Of a stretch of 64,000 nucleotides of DNA, positions 9,903-19,840 are shown one piece after another. This DNA comes from a bacterium (lineage in GTDB: Bacteria > Patescibacteriota > Minisyncoccia > Phycocordibacterales > UBA6899). The stretch is from the NCBI GenBank assembly GCA_021851895.1, contig JAJZQJ010000007.1, positions 6,618 through 70,617 of the forward strand, in the 5' to 3' direction. Position 1 is the stretch's first letter, and each line of letters begins with the position of its first letter. A program made the position numbers and the translations under genes. The notes beneath the pieces were generated by a model. The model saw only the letters and a program-made list of their open reading frames with translations, made no database searches and was not told where the DNA came from.

Positions 9903-10247
9903 CTACATCTTGCCATAGATCATCGCGCGAGCTTTCCTCAGTTGTGCAATCACACAAGGATCAGTGATCCGCGTGAAGCGCGGAACAGATCGACCATTGA
10001 TCACGACCTCCCCCATCCACTCTGAGAGTGGGCTAAGGAGGAAAAGGCAGAGCGCATCGGATACAGGGCAATCATAGAGCGGCAAGTACACGACCATGTT
10101 CGCATCATGAGCCTCACGATCTCGCTCCGTGTGGACTCCGACACCGATAACCTCATACGCACAGTTCTGCACTTCACCACGGGGGTCATGATTCGCGTGA
10201 TAATAGAAACCTTTCTCGGGAATCGTACGCAGATCAGGGATGATCAT
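9903..10247 (-). CDS. DUF1653-like small protein
   Basis: Pattern YYHANHDP..YEVIGV..HTE..E..VVYLPLY...PLSEWM..VINGRSVPRF resembles the DUF1653 fold family. A terminator hairpin sits at 9850-9880. Confidence 0.5.
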   Translation of the reverse strand: MIIPDLRTIPEKGFYYHANHDPRGEVQNCAYEVIGVGVHTERDREAHDANMVVYLPLYDCPVSDALCLFLLSPLSEWMGEVVINGRSVPRFTRITDPCVIAQLRKARAMIYGKM

Positions 10248-10274
10248 GCTGCTTCTCCTTGAATTGAAATGGTA

Positions 10275-10583
10275 TTACCGAGCCCTACGCCTCGTCTCGC
10301 TGCATCGAAGCCGCATTGCGCGCCTGGAGCCCGCCTTTTGTCTTGTAAGGTCACGCGGTGTCATCTGCCTGTCTGCAATTGAAAACGTCGCCTTGCGCTC
10401 AAAATTAATGGGCTCCATGGAGTCTTCAACAGATTCTTTCGGCATGCGGAGGATGAAGTGATCTTCTTTCTCTGCTTCGACAAAGCCCTCACCGGACAAC
10501 GCGCTCTCGATGAGCTGCCTCAGCAGCTCCGGAGGGACTCCAGATAACGCTCTCGATGCTATGAGTATGATTCTTCTGCTCAT
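10275..10583 (-). CDS. Hypothetical protein
   Basis: 102 aa ORF next to thpR on the same strand. I cannot assign a family by eye. Confidence 0.4.
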   Translation of the reverse strand: MSRRIILIASRALSGVPPELLRQLIESALSGEGFVEAEKEDHFILRMPKESVEDSMEPINFERKATFSIADRQMTPRDLTRQKAGSRRAMRLRCSETRRRAR

Positions 10584-10613
10584 CGTCGCTCGAAATGTTC
10601 TGTGTCATTTCTA

Positions 10614-11228
10614 TCACGAATCATCATCATTGTCATCATCTCCACCAAGCGTCCATTCACCGAGCTTTTCATAGTGAAATGCGCCTTCATTTTTCGGCCC
10701 AGCAACAGTCTCATAAAGGGCGATCTTACGAACAACGAAATTATCCATAAGAGCGGTTGCTTCAAGTGGTGGCAATAATGTATCAAGCATTCCACCTCCA
10801 CGGATTCGTGCAAGTGTGATATGTGGTATAGGAAAACGGTCCCCTCCTCCCTGCTTGCGCTGTTTCCGATCAAGCTTCCTCTCCCAGGTGCCCACTCTAT
10901 GGAAACTCGATTCGAGATCGGCAACAAGGCGCTCAAACCACTGATTGCGATCATAACGAATCCACAGCATAGTTGGCTCATCGGGACGCATGATAAGCGT
11001 TCTTCCGCCGCGTAATGCAAATGGCCTTGCTCTCGAGGCGATATTTCCTATGATCGTCTTCACATCCGGTATGATCTGCTCGAAAACATCACCGAGAAAA
11101 AGTGCGGTAATATGGAGGTCATGCTTTGTAGTGCGTGACCATGATCGCACATCAAGAGAAAAAAGAAGCTCGTCAATTTCGAGCCCAACACGATCCTCTA
11201 GCGGTATTGCAATGAATAATCTTTTCAT
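10614..11228 (-). CDS. thpR: RNA 2',3'-cyclic phosphodiesterase (2H phosphoesterase, LigT/ThpR)
   Basis: Two H-x-T/S-x motifs (HITALFLG and HITLARI) at the spacing expected for the 2H superfamily. Confidence 0.8.
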   Translation of the reverse strand: MKRLFIAIPLEDRVGLEIDELLFSLDVRSWSRTTKHDLHITALFLGDVFEQIIPDVKTIIGNIASRARPFALRGGRTLIMRPDEPTMLWIRYDRNQWFERLVADLESSFHRVGTWERKLDRKQRKQGGGDRFPIPHITLARIRGGGMLDTLLPPLEATALMDNFVVRKIALYETVAGPKNEGAFHYEKLGEWTLGGDDDNDDDS

Positions 11229-11245
11229 ATTTAAGGAGCAGAAAA

Positions 11246-11977
11246 TCACTTCATGAGTATGACCGTCTTCGTTGATGTACTTCGAGTACTTGTCGACATT
11301 GTGTGTTCGACAAAAAGCACTGGTGCAAATTTGCCACTGATCGCAGGTCCGAAACCCATGAGAAGTTCATAGGCCATCTTCATGCGCGCGAAAAATTCGC
11401 GTACGTACAACTTCACACGCACATAGAGATCAGCGTTCTCTGGAGCGATATACGCATCAGCGGGTATTCCATGCCATAGCGCCATCGCTATTGCACGGTC
11501 AGCATGAAAGCGTTGTGTCACATAAAGGGGGTCGATCACCCCAAAGACGTCCCGAGCGCGAAGCACAGAATCCAGTGTATCTCTCCCTGCATAGTCCTCA
11601 TGTATTGCACTCGCGGGCACTCCGCGATCGATAAGCGCCTTACGCATTGCTCGAGGCTCATTGTAGTTTACCGCGCGGTTGTCGCCTGTAACGATGATCT
11701 CGGAGACCTTTCCGGCATGGTAAAGTCCCGCAGCAGTATTCATGCGCAAAATGAAATAACTATTAGGCTCGCCACCTGAAGCAAAAGGCGATGTGCCAAA
11801 GACGACAGCAACCTTGTGTGGTGGCATCTTCGCATAATCGTAATATATCCTTCCCCGAGACACATACATCGTTACGAAGAATATGATAACTCCAGTGAGC
11901 AGAAACGTTACAAATAGCAAAAACACCCACTTTGCGGACTTTAGGTAATATGGCGATAGTTTTCGCTCTTCCTCCAT
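11246..11977 (-). CDS. SanA/YdcF (DUF218) family envelope protein
   Basis: N-terminal TM helix plus a DUF218 core (VVFGTSPFASGGEPNSYF...IIVTGDN). The start is chosen at MEEERK to avoid overlapping the VanW gene. Confidence 0.7.
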   Translation of the reverse strand: MEEERKLSPYYLKSAKWVFLLFVTFLLTGVIIFFVTMYVSRGRIYYDYAKMPPHKVAVVFGTSPFASGGEPNSYFILRMNTAAGLYHAGKVSEIIVTGDNRAVNYNEPRAMRKALIDRGVPASAIHEDYAGRDTLDSVLRARDVFGVIDPLYVTQRFHADRAIAMALWHGIPADAYIAPENADLYVRVKLYVREFFARMKMAYELLMGFGPAISGKFAPVLFVEHTMSTSTRSTSTKTVILMK

Positions 11978-12024
11978 AGCGGCATTATAGCGAAACTGCA
12001 GGAAAACGCACGCTAAAATACCTA

Positions 12025-13770
12025 TCAGTTGTCTACTTGGTAAATATCGAGTCCGCCTGTGCCTATAAGGCATATTTTAGGCCAAGGATCATATTCACTC
12101 TTCCAGAGATGGGTAACGAAGGAGCCATTGGCGTATCTTATGGTCGTCGTCGCATAACTCACCATACCTTCCCTTGGCCGATCAGTACATTCCGTCTTTC
12201 CAAACGGTATGGTCTTAGAGAAACGGTAATCAGGTGGTGGTGGTGGCTGCACATCTGTTTCCACTGGTTTTGTTGTTATCGCGGAGCGATGATCGCTCCT
12301 CGCAAAGAATTGTACGTAGAGATCTGTTCCTTTTACAAAAGTCTGCACAAGAAGCGGCGAGTTGAAGTCATTAATGAAACGAAAGTCATGGTCGATACCA
12401 TAGATTCCCGCATCGAGACCAGGACCATAATACCCGACAACATAGCGATGATTATGGCGTTCGGTTATGGATAGTCCCGCATCGAGCGAAGCACGAAAGA
12501 ACGTTGTAGCGACTTGGCAAAGGCCACCTCCGGCTTCCTTCCTGCTTCTTCCATCTTTAATCACATACTCTTCCCTGTAACCATTTTCCTTTTCTGCATA
12601 TCCTATTGCACGAACAAGTGAGAACATCTCGCCTGGCTCTACGATGAAACCGTGCACACGTGAAGCACCTAATGTGATGTTATGTTTGCGGTCTGCGGAC
12701 GAACCCTTAAAACTCGTCACCGCAGAACCAACAAGATCAGTAATACCTAAGTACCCCAACCCTTTGAGATCCAAACGTGGACGAGTTGTAGTGATCTTCA
12801 GTGTATAGTTTATAGTCCCGAGACTAGCCTCTGCCCCACCGCTGTCTTCGGCGATATCATTGATCCATGTGTCCATCGTCTGACGTAAGTCGGCGACATC
12901 CACATCATGGCCGTCCCTTCCCTCTTTTGTAATGACGAGCTTCCCTGACTTCGTACCAAAAATTGGCTCCGACATCGGTTCGTCGATCAGAGAGTTTGCA
13001 AACTCTTTAAGATATGCGTAAAGTCTATCCTCATCGGGAGTGAGCGAGCGACGCGAAGGATCGTAAGTGAGCATCGAGAGTATATTCATTCCAGTCTGCC
13101 GCACAGAATAGGTGCCGAAATGCAAAATATATCCTGGGCTTTTTGCTATCTTTTTTGCTAACCCGACGAGACCTTCTAGCTGGCCACGCTTCGTTGGCGC
13201 TTCTGTCGTTACAGCATGTACGGTAATCACACCAGAGTCCAATTCACGTGCAATGCTATCGACACTCTGTATGATGTCATTGAAAGCAAGGCTTTGCCCC
13301 GGTGCATCGTCCGCTATAACCACATTTCCTTGCGATAGCACAAACCGTGCGTTTGTCGGATCATGCAAAGCATCAGCAAGTGATTGCGAGAGAAATTGTG
13401 TGATCGCGTGCGCATCTATGCGCGATCGAGGCGCAACAGGAAGCCCATGTATGTCCCTGGCGATGATCTCCTCTTGGCTTAGCGGCTGGAAAAATTCAAA
13501 ACTCTCATCTGGATTCAAACCTTCTGAATACATCGGCAGACTCATGCTACGCACCGAACCATCGTTTAAGATTATATGAAGTGTTATGCCATTCGTGCGC
13601 AGATCTCGTGCTTTCACAAGATCACTTACCGCAATCCGTGCGCGCAACGATTCGCTGAGATATGTTCGACTCGCATTTGCCACACGAACAAAAACAGAGG
13701 TGAACGCTCCGATGAGAAAAAGTACCACTAAAGATCCCCAGTAAATTCTCCACATTTTCATGCTATACAT
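12025..13770 (-). CDS. VanW-family protein
   Basis: N-terminal TM helix and a C-terminal VanW-like domain (GGGLCQVATTFFRA...ERHNH), preceded by linker and repeat domains. Confidence 0.7.
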   Translation of the reverse strand: MYSMKMWRIYWGSLVVLFLIGAFTSVFVRVANASRTYLSESLRARIAVSDLVKARDLRTNGITLHIILNDGSVRSMSLPMYSEGLNPDESFEFFQPLSQEEIIARDIHGLPVAPRSRIDAHAITQFLSQSLADALHDPTNARFVLSQGNVVIADDAPGQSLAFNDIIQSVDSIARELDSGVITVHAVTTEAPTKRGQLEGLVGLAKKIAKSPGYILHFGTYSVRQTGMNILSMLTYDPSRRSLTPDEDRLYAYLKEFANSLIDEPMSEPIFGTKSGKLVITKEGRDGHDVDVADLRQTMDTWINDIAEDSGGAEASLGTINYTLKITTTRPRLDLKGLGYLGITDLVGSAVTSFKGSSADRKHNITLGASRVHGFIVEPGEMFSLVRAIGYAEKENGYREEYVIKDGRSRKEAGGGLCQVATTFFRASLDAGLSITERHNHRYVVGYYGPGLDAGIYGIDHDFRFINDFNSPLLVQTFVKGTDLYVQFFARSDHRSAITTKPVETDVQPPPPPDYRFSKTIPFGKTECTDRPREGMVSYATTTIRYANGSFVTHLWKSEYDPWPKICLIGTGGLDIYQVDN

Positions 13771-13791
13771 AGTATAGCAAACAAAAACACC

Positions 13792-14556
13792 TTACGGTGT
13801 TTTCATATTTTCGCGCACCCAGGCAAAAAATGAAGCAGTACTGCGCAATTCTGGCTTATCATCAGGGATAAATACTGTAAAATGCTCCTTTGTCACGTCT
13901 CCTATTCTTCGATAACCAACGATGCGATCGAATGATGGCGCCTCGGTTATATGCTCTATTGCTACGCCTCCAGATTTCTTGCTCGCATGAAATACAGTGC
14001 CATCGCCAAGGTATATACCGACATGATCAACTCCTTCGGGAACTGGAGTCCCCTTTTTCCACTCTACGGTCTCGTAGTATATTCTTCCCTCTCCAGAGTT
14101 CGTAAAGATGAGATCACCAAATCGCAAGTCCTCCTTCTTGACAGGGCCTCCGAACACAAACTTATCGACAGAAATCGATGGCATCCACTCCATTCCAGCG
14201 AGTATAAACACATAGCTTACTAGTGAGGAGCAGGAAAACGATGCGGGCGCATCCGTCCTCATGATCGAAGGATTGTTATAACCGGCCCCTAGAAGCTGTG
14301 GGATGAGATCCTTCATAATAGCATCGGGGCGAGCATAGGTGAACTCAAAACCATGATGAGACAAGAATGCAGAAAAATCATCAAAAGAGACGCTTTTTCC
14401 TAGCGCCTCATCAAGCTGTTCCAGTGTAAAACCTATACGATATCTCCACATGATATTTATAACTTCAATACTAGCAAAAAGCGTCGGCTCAGTATATTGA
14501 CGCCACTTGTTTAGTATCGTAAAAACACCCGTAGGGGTGTTTTTATATCGATCCAC
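13792..14556 (-). CDS. NlpC/P60 (C40) family peptidoglycan endopeptidase
   Basis: Catalytic Cys context (SFSCSSLVSYV) and His context (DHVGIYLGDGTVFHA). Confidence 0.8.
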   Translation of the reverse strand: MDRYKNTPTGVFTILNKWRQYTEPTLFASIEVINIMWRYRIGFTLEQLDEALGKSVSFDDFSAFLSHHGFEFTYARPDAIMKDLIPQLLGAGYNNPSIMRTDAPASFSCSSLVSYVFILAGMEWMPSISVDKFVFGGPVKKEDLRFGDLIFTNSGEGRIYYETVEWKKGTPVPEGVDHVGIYLGDGTVFHASKKSGGVAIEHITEAPSFDRIVGYRRIGDVTKEHFTVFIPDDKPELRSTASFFAWVRENMKTP

Positions 14557-15460
14557 GAGTAACGATCACATTCATGAGCGCGAGCCCGATGGTCATACCG
14601 AGTATCATCAATCCATTTGCGATGATGATCGGATGTTGAATACGGATTTTTATGAAGAAAGCAAGTAATAATGCTACACCAGCGATCAATGCGATAGCAA
14701 ACTCAATGACAAGCGCAATCGAACGCGGCTGAGAGAGTAGTCTTTCGAAGAAAGTCGCCTGCGATGCATCTTGCCTTACGCTCTCTGCACCGAGCACCTT
14801 CGTTTCGAATTGCTTCGCGACATTACTTGCTACGCGAGTCGCAGCGCCACCAAGGGCAGCAGTCACGTCATTTCCGGTCACCGCAATCGGTGCCACAGCA
14901 AGCGGTGTTCCGAAATGCTGAACGACGAATATGGCATTCTTCCCTTTATACTTTCCTATTGCAGTAGCAACACCGATCTCTGTGTATTTATTACTCAACA
15001 GATTCTCTCTATGTGTCGGAGAATGCATCCACGCGTCAGTGATATCACGAGATTCAACGAAATTCACTGCAAGATTCTCACCAGCAAAACGATAATCATA
15101 GCCAACCTGATTGAACCAATACCATGGGTCTTTGCCATCGGGGCTGTCATGGGCGAAATACCCTTTAGCAGCCATATCATTTGCCTTAAGCTGTGCAGAC
15201 CTCATGAGAAGTTCATTTTCATGGAGTATACTTAAAGAAGCATGTGCACGCTCCTCGTTCGTCTCGGAGATGAGCACGGGAACGAGTACGGCTGCAACTT
15301 GCTTGCTCGTCGGCAGAATAACGAAGCTATAGAGCAGAAAGAATGCCTGTGAAGCAAGAAGGAGGAAGAGCATGACCTGCGCCCCCTCAGTTCGGAGAAG
15401 ATGCGGGCGGTGATCATTGTGCTCATGCGGAATGAAGTGTTGCTTGAACCAAGTCAGCAT
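14543..15460 (-). CDS. CAP/SCP (YkwD-like) domain secreted protein
   Basis: N-terminal TM helix, a CAP-domain block (AHDSPDG..ENLA..HSPTHRENLL) and a C-terminal TM helix. Confidence 0.7.
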   Translation of the reverse strand: MLTWFKQHFIPHEHNDHRPHLLRTEGAQVMLFLLLASQAFFLLYSFVILPTSKQVAAVLVPVLISETNEERAHASLSILHENELLMRSAQLKANDMAAKGYFAHDSPDGKDPWYWFNQVGYDYRFAGENLAVNFVESRDITDAWMHSPTHRENLLSNKYTEIGVATAIGKYKGKNAIFVVQHFGTPLAVAPIAVTGNDVTAALGGAATRVASNVAKQFETKVLGAESVRQDASQATFFERLLSQPRSIALVIEFAIALIAGVALLLAFFIKIRIQHPIIIANGLMILGMTIGLALMNVIVTRGSI

Positions 15461-15546
15461 AGTGGATATATTACAACATATTAAGATGACTTTTGCAATA
15501 GTCTAATCCACATGTTCACTTTGATGGTATATAATTTTATAGTATA

Positions 15547-15858
15547 ATGAAATATAGCATAATCTATGCTACTAACTATAATCATGATTCTATGACAATC
15601 AATGATACAATCCTTCGCGTTGTCGCAAGAAAGTTCGTTCTCCCCGTCATGATCGCAATTGGCGATCGTACTATGGGATATATCGAGATTCAACGAGCGA
15701 CAAATGCGAAACCTGTTCCGCTCGCACGAGCACTTAAATCACTTGTACAGAACGATCTCGCAAAGAGAGAAGAGATCGCTGGTGGCCGCGTGAACTACAC
15801 ACTCACTGCACGAGGCCGCAAGGCACTTAAGTTCGCACAAGAGATCGTAAAGATCTAA
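15547..15858 (+). CDS. Small winged-helix transcriptional regulator (HxlR/MarR-like)
   Basis: About 90-100 aa winged-HTH-like protein (IEIQRATNAKPVPLARALKSLVQNDL). A consensus-like promoter with multiple TATAAT boxes lies upstream. The start could instead be 15592. Confidence 0.5.
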   Translation: MKYSIIYATNYNHDSMTINDTILRVVARKFVLPVMIAIGDRTMGYIEIQRATNAKPVPLARALKSLVQNDLAKREEIAGGRVNYTLTARGRKALKFAQEIVKI

Positions 15859-16033
15859 CTGTTTTCAGTATTAGTTACGTAGCACACCAAGTAAAAATCG
15901 ACCAAAGTCTTCTTGGGTCGGTTTTTACTTCTCACGAACTAACATCAAGATTTCGATATATATTTACCCTGTGACGCAACAGCCGCAGTCGATGCACGAA
16001 GTGCCCTACTCACGCCGATAGGCGGACTCAGGA

Positions 16034-16089
16034 ATATGTAAGAAATATAAAAAACCAACTCTTGTTGGTTTTTTATATTTCTTACATAT
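16034..16089. repeat. Perfect 25-bp-arm palindrome (bidirectional terminator) overlapping the mraY stop
   Basis: atatgtaagaaatataaaaaaccaa-ctcttg-ttggttttttatatttcttacatat; the two arms are exact reverse complements. Confidence 0.85.
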
Positions 16090-17152
16090 GAACGCCAGAC
16101 AGCTGTATTATAACTCCGACGACTGCGAGCATCATACTAACCACCCAATAACGCATCGTCACTTTATATGGTGGCCACCCCTTCGCCTGGAAGTGGTTAT
16201 GGAGCGGTGCAACAATGAAGACCTTCTTCCCTCCCCTAAGCTTCTTTGAGAGGATCTGGATCAAGCTTGAAGCTGAGGTAACGATAAGCGGAAGTGCGAT
16301 GATAAGTGTCGCGATCTCTGCGCGCTCAAGAAAAGCGATGACAACAAGGGCCGTAGTGAGCCCCATGGTCCCTGTCTCTGAATTGAAGAAACGTGCAGGA
16401 GGTATGTTGAACCACAAGAATGCGAGGATACCACCAACAACAACAGCGGAGAACGTAGCGAGGTCAACCTGATGCTGTGTGAATGCGATGATTCCTAGCG
16501 CTGCATATATCGCAGCGAATACACCACCCGAGAGACCATCAACACCATCGATGATGCCTCCCGAATACATACCAATTACGTAGAGAATGAAGAATGGTAT
16601 GAAGAGTACACCAAGATTGAGTACACCATAGAAAGGCACATGCAATGCATCACCAGTCTGCAGATTTCCATAGAACCACCATGCACCTATCGCACCAAGA
16701 AGGGCAACGAAGGCAAGGCGCACCTTAAGCGACAATCCCCCTCCTGCATAGCTACCCTGTGTACCATGGCAGACGAGATAATCATCGACAAGACCACATA
16801 GTGCACCCGCAACGAGTGTGAATAGCGGTAACCAGACTTGATTTCGAGAAAGGAAGGTCAACTTCGCAAAGACACTCTCTGGGGCTGCGACTGCGAGCGT
16901 CGCAAAGAGCAGCGTCGTGATCAACGTAGAACCCCAAATGACAATGCCTCCCATGCGTGGAGTCTTTCGCTCCTCGTCTCCGTGCAGCTTCGCGGTAATC
17001 GTCGCAGCACCGCCTCCTGTCGCATTCTGCACGCTCTGCTTCTTCCACATCTTATATTTATAGAGGAAGTGAGTAAGAATAGGTGTTCCAAGAATACCTA
17101 TCGTGAACGAGACTGTTGTCGGCAGTAATACCTTCAAGACATCTATTGGCAT
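16082..17152 (-). CDS. mraY: Phospho-N-acetylmuramoyl-pentapeptide transferase
   Basis: Ten-TM GT4 protein with MraY motifs (DDxxD-like LVDDY, GLxxGxxA and HHH-like NHFQAKGW). Confidence 0.92.
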   Translation of the reverse strand: MPIDVLKVLLPTTVSFTIGILGTPILTHFLYKYKMWKKQSVQNATGGGAATITAKLHGDEERKTPRMGGIVIWGSTLITTLLFATLAVAAPESVFAKLTFLSRNQVWLPLFTLVAGALCGLVDDYLVCHGTQGSYAGGGLSLKVRLAFVALLGAIGAWWFYGNLQTGDALHVPFYGVLNLGVLFIPFFILYVIGMYSGGIIDGVDGLSGGVFAAIYAALGIIAFTQHQVDLATFSAVVVGGILAFLWFNIPPARFFNSETGTMGLTTALVVIAFLERAEIATLIIALPLIVTSASSLIQILSKKLRGGKKVFIVAPLHNHFQAKGWPPYKVTMRYWVVSMMLAVVGVIIQLSGVHM

Positions 17153-17170
17153 ATGATATTTATGATTCGA

Positions 17171-18166
17171 TCAATTGATCATGGCGCTTTTTGTCGCCGC
17201 GAGTAATGTCTCCACGTCGGTGAAACGTTGTTCTCGAGTGGAGCCGAGAGCGACGATGACTACGGGTTGCTGGATTCCCATATCTACAATGACCGCGAGA
17301 TTACCTCCTGCCATATCCGTAAAACCAGTTTTACCACCAACGATACCGGGCATTGCAGCTGCAAGCTCATTCGTATTCACGACATGGTGCACGATATGCT
17401 GCCTCGAGGATACTGTAATATCAGGAAGCGCAGTGTACTGCAGAAGATTACTATGATGCCTAAGGACATACTCGAAGAGATGCGCAACATCACGAGCACT
17501 CCCTAAACCTCCTGAAGTCTCGCCGTTATCAAGTCCTGATGGCGAGGTGAAAACGAATGAATTGAAACCGAGCTGCTTCGCCTTTGCATTCATCGCAGAG
17601 ACAAATGTACTTCGTTCGTCTTGCACAACGTGATCGGATTTTTTATCGATCGCCGCGCCAACTGATGCCGCGATCGCGCTTGCGCCATGATTCGATGACT
17701 CAACCAATGTAAGCTCGAGAAGATCTTTGAGTGACCATCGCTCATCGCGTCGCAAATCAGTACTTCCTTCTACCTCGAGGTCTTCCTTGCGTATGGTTAT
17801 CTCATCATCAGGAGATGCAGTCTCGAGCGCAACGACCGCCGTCATCATTTTAGTGATCGAAGCAAGCGTCTCTGGGGTTTCAGCATTCTTCGCATAAAGT
17901 ACACGTTGATTTGCTATGTCCCAAACGAAAGCGCTCTTAGCGGTAAGCGATACATGAGCGAAAGGATCAGGGTGAGAAGGAGTTGTTGTTGAGAGCGCTG
18001 TCTGCTGTGACGTATTCTTGTGCACGTCCTCCCCTGCATTCTTTTGATCAGCAAAAATCTTCGGCCCAATGAGAAAGCCGACGATCATGAATATGATGAT
18101 CAATTTAATATCATTCCTCAACATGTTCATCTTCTGCATTATGCACGGCGATGCCGGTATCGTCAA
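17171..18166 (-). CDS. D-alanyl-D-alanine carboxypeptidase (S11, PBP5-like)
   Basis: SxxK active site (SITKMMT), an SxN motif and a KTG box (GGKTGFT), with an N-terminal signal/TM helix. Confidence 0.85.
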   Translation of the reverse strand: MTIPASPCIMQKMNMLRNDIKLIIIFMIVGFLIGPKIFADQKNAGEDVHKNTSQQTALSTTTPSHPDPFAHVSLTAKSAFVWDIANQRVLYAKNAETPETLASITKMMTAVVALETASPDDEITIRKEDLEVEGSTDLRRDERWSLKDLLELTLVESSNHGASAIAASVGAAIDKKSDHVVQDERSTFVSAMNAKAKQLGFNSFVFTSPSGLDNGETSGGLGSARDVAHLFEYVLRHHSNLLQYTALPDITVSSRQHIVHHVVNTNELAAAMPGIVGGKTGFTDMAGGNLAVIVDMGIQQPVVIVALGSTREQRFTDVETLLAATKSAMIN

Positions 18167-19010
18167 AGGCCGGAGACATAAGATTTTCCTCGGCTATATC
18201 CGCCTCAAAATCGGTCGATGTTGACTCATTTTCTCGCGATGGAGCACCATTTGGCTCATGAGCCGAATCAAGGCACTCTTCCTTGGTCAAAATCCCATCC
18301 CCGTTGGTATCACAAAGCTCCGCCTGCGAATCAGCACTGTCATCAAGTGGCTCAAGAGGCATATCATGCAATGACATATCTTCTTTATTCTCGCCATCGT
18401 CTTTCACTTGCTCTTCTTCGCCCTCTTCGTTAAATCGAGATTCTGCAAAGGCAGCAAGCTGTGACTGTATTTCCTCATACTGCGGAAGCTCCTCTTTTTT
18501 CGTAACGCCCATATACTCAAGTGCTGCAAATGTGGGTCCATAAAGTGACGCGCGAGCATCCCTTGGGTTTTCTAATCTCTCAATGATTCCACGAACGAGG
18601 AGATTTCTGATGATGAAGGTAGAGTTCACTCCGCGAATATAATCAATATCAGCACGAGTCAACGGACCCTTATAACAGATGATCGCGAGTGTCTCCACCG
18701 AGGCCTTCGACAACTCCTTAGAGATCTCTTCTTTTGTGATCGCCTCAATGAGCGCACTTGCCTGTGGAGCGGTACCCAGTGCCACCTCTGCATCATTCTC
18801 CATAACTCGAATACCGCCATTTTGTTGCTCAAGTCGCTGCCTCAACGCATGCACAGCCTCTCTCACCGTAGGTGCGTCTGACTTTGTAAGTGTTGCGAGC
18901 TTACGAAAAGACATCGGCTCTGCCGTGTAAAAGAGTATTGCTTCGATCGCTGCGTCGAGCGAGAGCTGTGTTTGTGCTGAATTATCCATAACTTGGTGTT
19001 GCGAGCTCAA
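18111..19010 (-). CDS. scpB: Segregation and condensation protein B with acidic C-terminal extension
   Basis: ScpB winged-helix core (EAILFYTAEPMSFRKLA...ICYKGPLTRADIDYIRG) plus about 130 aa of acidic low-complexity tail. Confidence 0.88.
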   Translation of the reverse strand: MSSQHQVMDNSAQTQLSLDAAIEAILFYTAEPMSFRKLATLTKSDAPTVREAVHALRQRLEQQNGGIRVMENDAEVALGTAPQASALIEAITKEEISKELSKASVETLAIICYKGPLTRADIDYIRGVNSTFIIRNLLVRGIIERLENPRDARASLYGPTFAALEYMGVTKKEELPQYEEIQSQLAAFAESRFNEEGEEEQVKDDGENKEDMSLHDMPLEPLDDSADSQAELCDTNGDGILTKEECLDSAHEPNGAPSRENESTSTDFEADIAEENLMSPAFDDTGIAVHNAEDEHVEE

Positions 19011-19770
19011 GTGGCTCGATATCTATTTCTCCCCAATCATCACTTTGCGCGACCGTGATCGTTCCCTGCTTCACAAGTTCAAGCATTGCGAGGAATGACA
19101 CGATCACTTCAACCCTCTCTTCTCTTGCGATCGGTTTTCCACGTTCATACTTAGCGAACTTACTGAACCCCATCTTTAAGGCACCCGTGACGCGCTCTGC
19201 AAGACGCGTCATCATCTCCTCTATAGAGACAACCTTCCGAATCGTCGCCTTTGGGAGTGCAACCTTCTTTGGTAGAGCTTCAAGTACGCGAATCGCCCCC
19301 TCGTGTATTGCCATCGGTTGCATTTGCGGATCAGGAGCAAAGAACTGAGGTGGAGCCGTACGGGCGCTCTTCTCGAAAAGAATACGTTTACCATATTCGA
19401 GCTTCACCACTTCACCAAGCGAGCGGAAGAGCTCATGCAATGCAAGTCTACGCTTGAGGTCGGTGATATCCTGCTCCTCCTCACTCGTGAGATCAAGCTC
19501 GGGAAGTATTGATTTCGATTTTATAAGGACGAGTGTTGAAGCCACTAAAAGAAAGTTCGCGACATCGTTCATCGGATATGATTCAAGCGCACGCACGTGC
19601 GCGATGTAATCATCGGCAACTTTCGACAATGAAAAATCATTGATGAAGAGTTTGCGCTTCTCGATAAGCGAAAGCAGCAGATCGAGTGGTCCCTCGAAAT
19701 GTTCGGTCTGTATGTGAAAATCGACCTTGGCCTCGCCTAGTGTAACCTCCATATTTATACAGTATAGCAC
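18982..19770 (-). CDS. scpA: Segregation and condensation protein A
   Basis: ScpA/kleisin N-terminus (FEGPLDLLLSLIEKRKL..I..V) lying adjacent to scpB. Confidence 0.88.
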   Translation of the reverse strand: MLYCINMEVTLGEAKVDFHIQTEHFEGPLDLLLSLIEKRKLFINDFSLSKVADDYIAHVRALESYPMNDVANFLLVASTLVLIKSKSILPELDLTSEEEQDITDLKRRLALHELFRSLGEVVKLEYGKRILFEKSARTAPPQFFAPDPQMQPMAIHEGAIRVLEALPKKVALPKATIRKVVSIEEMMTRLAERVTGALKMGFSKFAKYERGKPIAREERVEVIVSFLAMLELVKQGTITVAQSDDWGEIDIEPLELATPSYG

Positions 19771-19840
19771 AAAAAACGGCGTATTTCCTCATATTTTTCC
19801 ACATTACCCGTCCAAAAAACCTCCTAAGGGAGGTTTTAAG

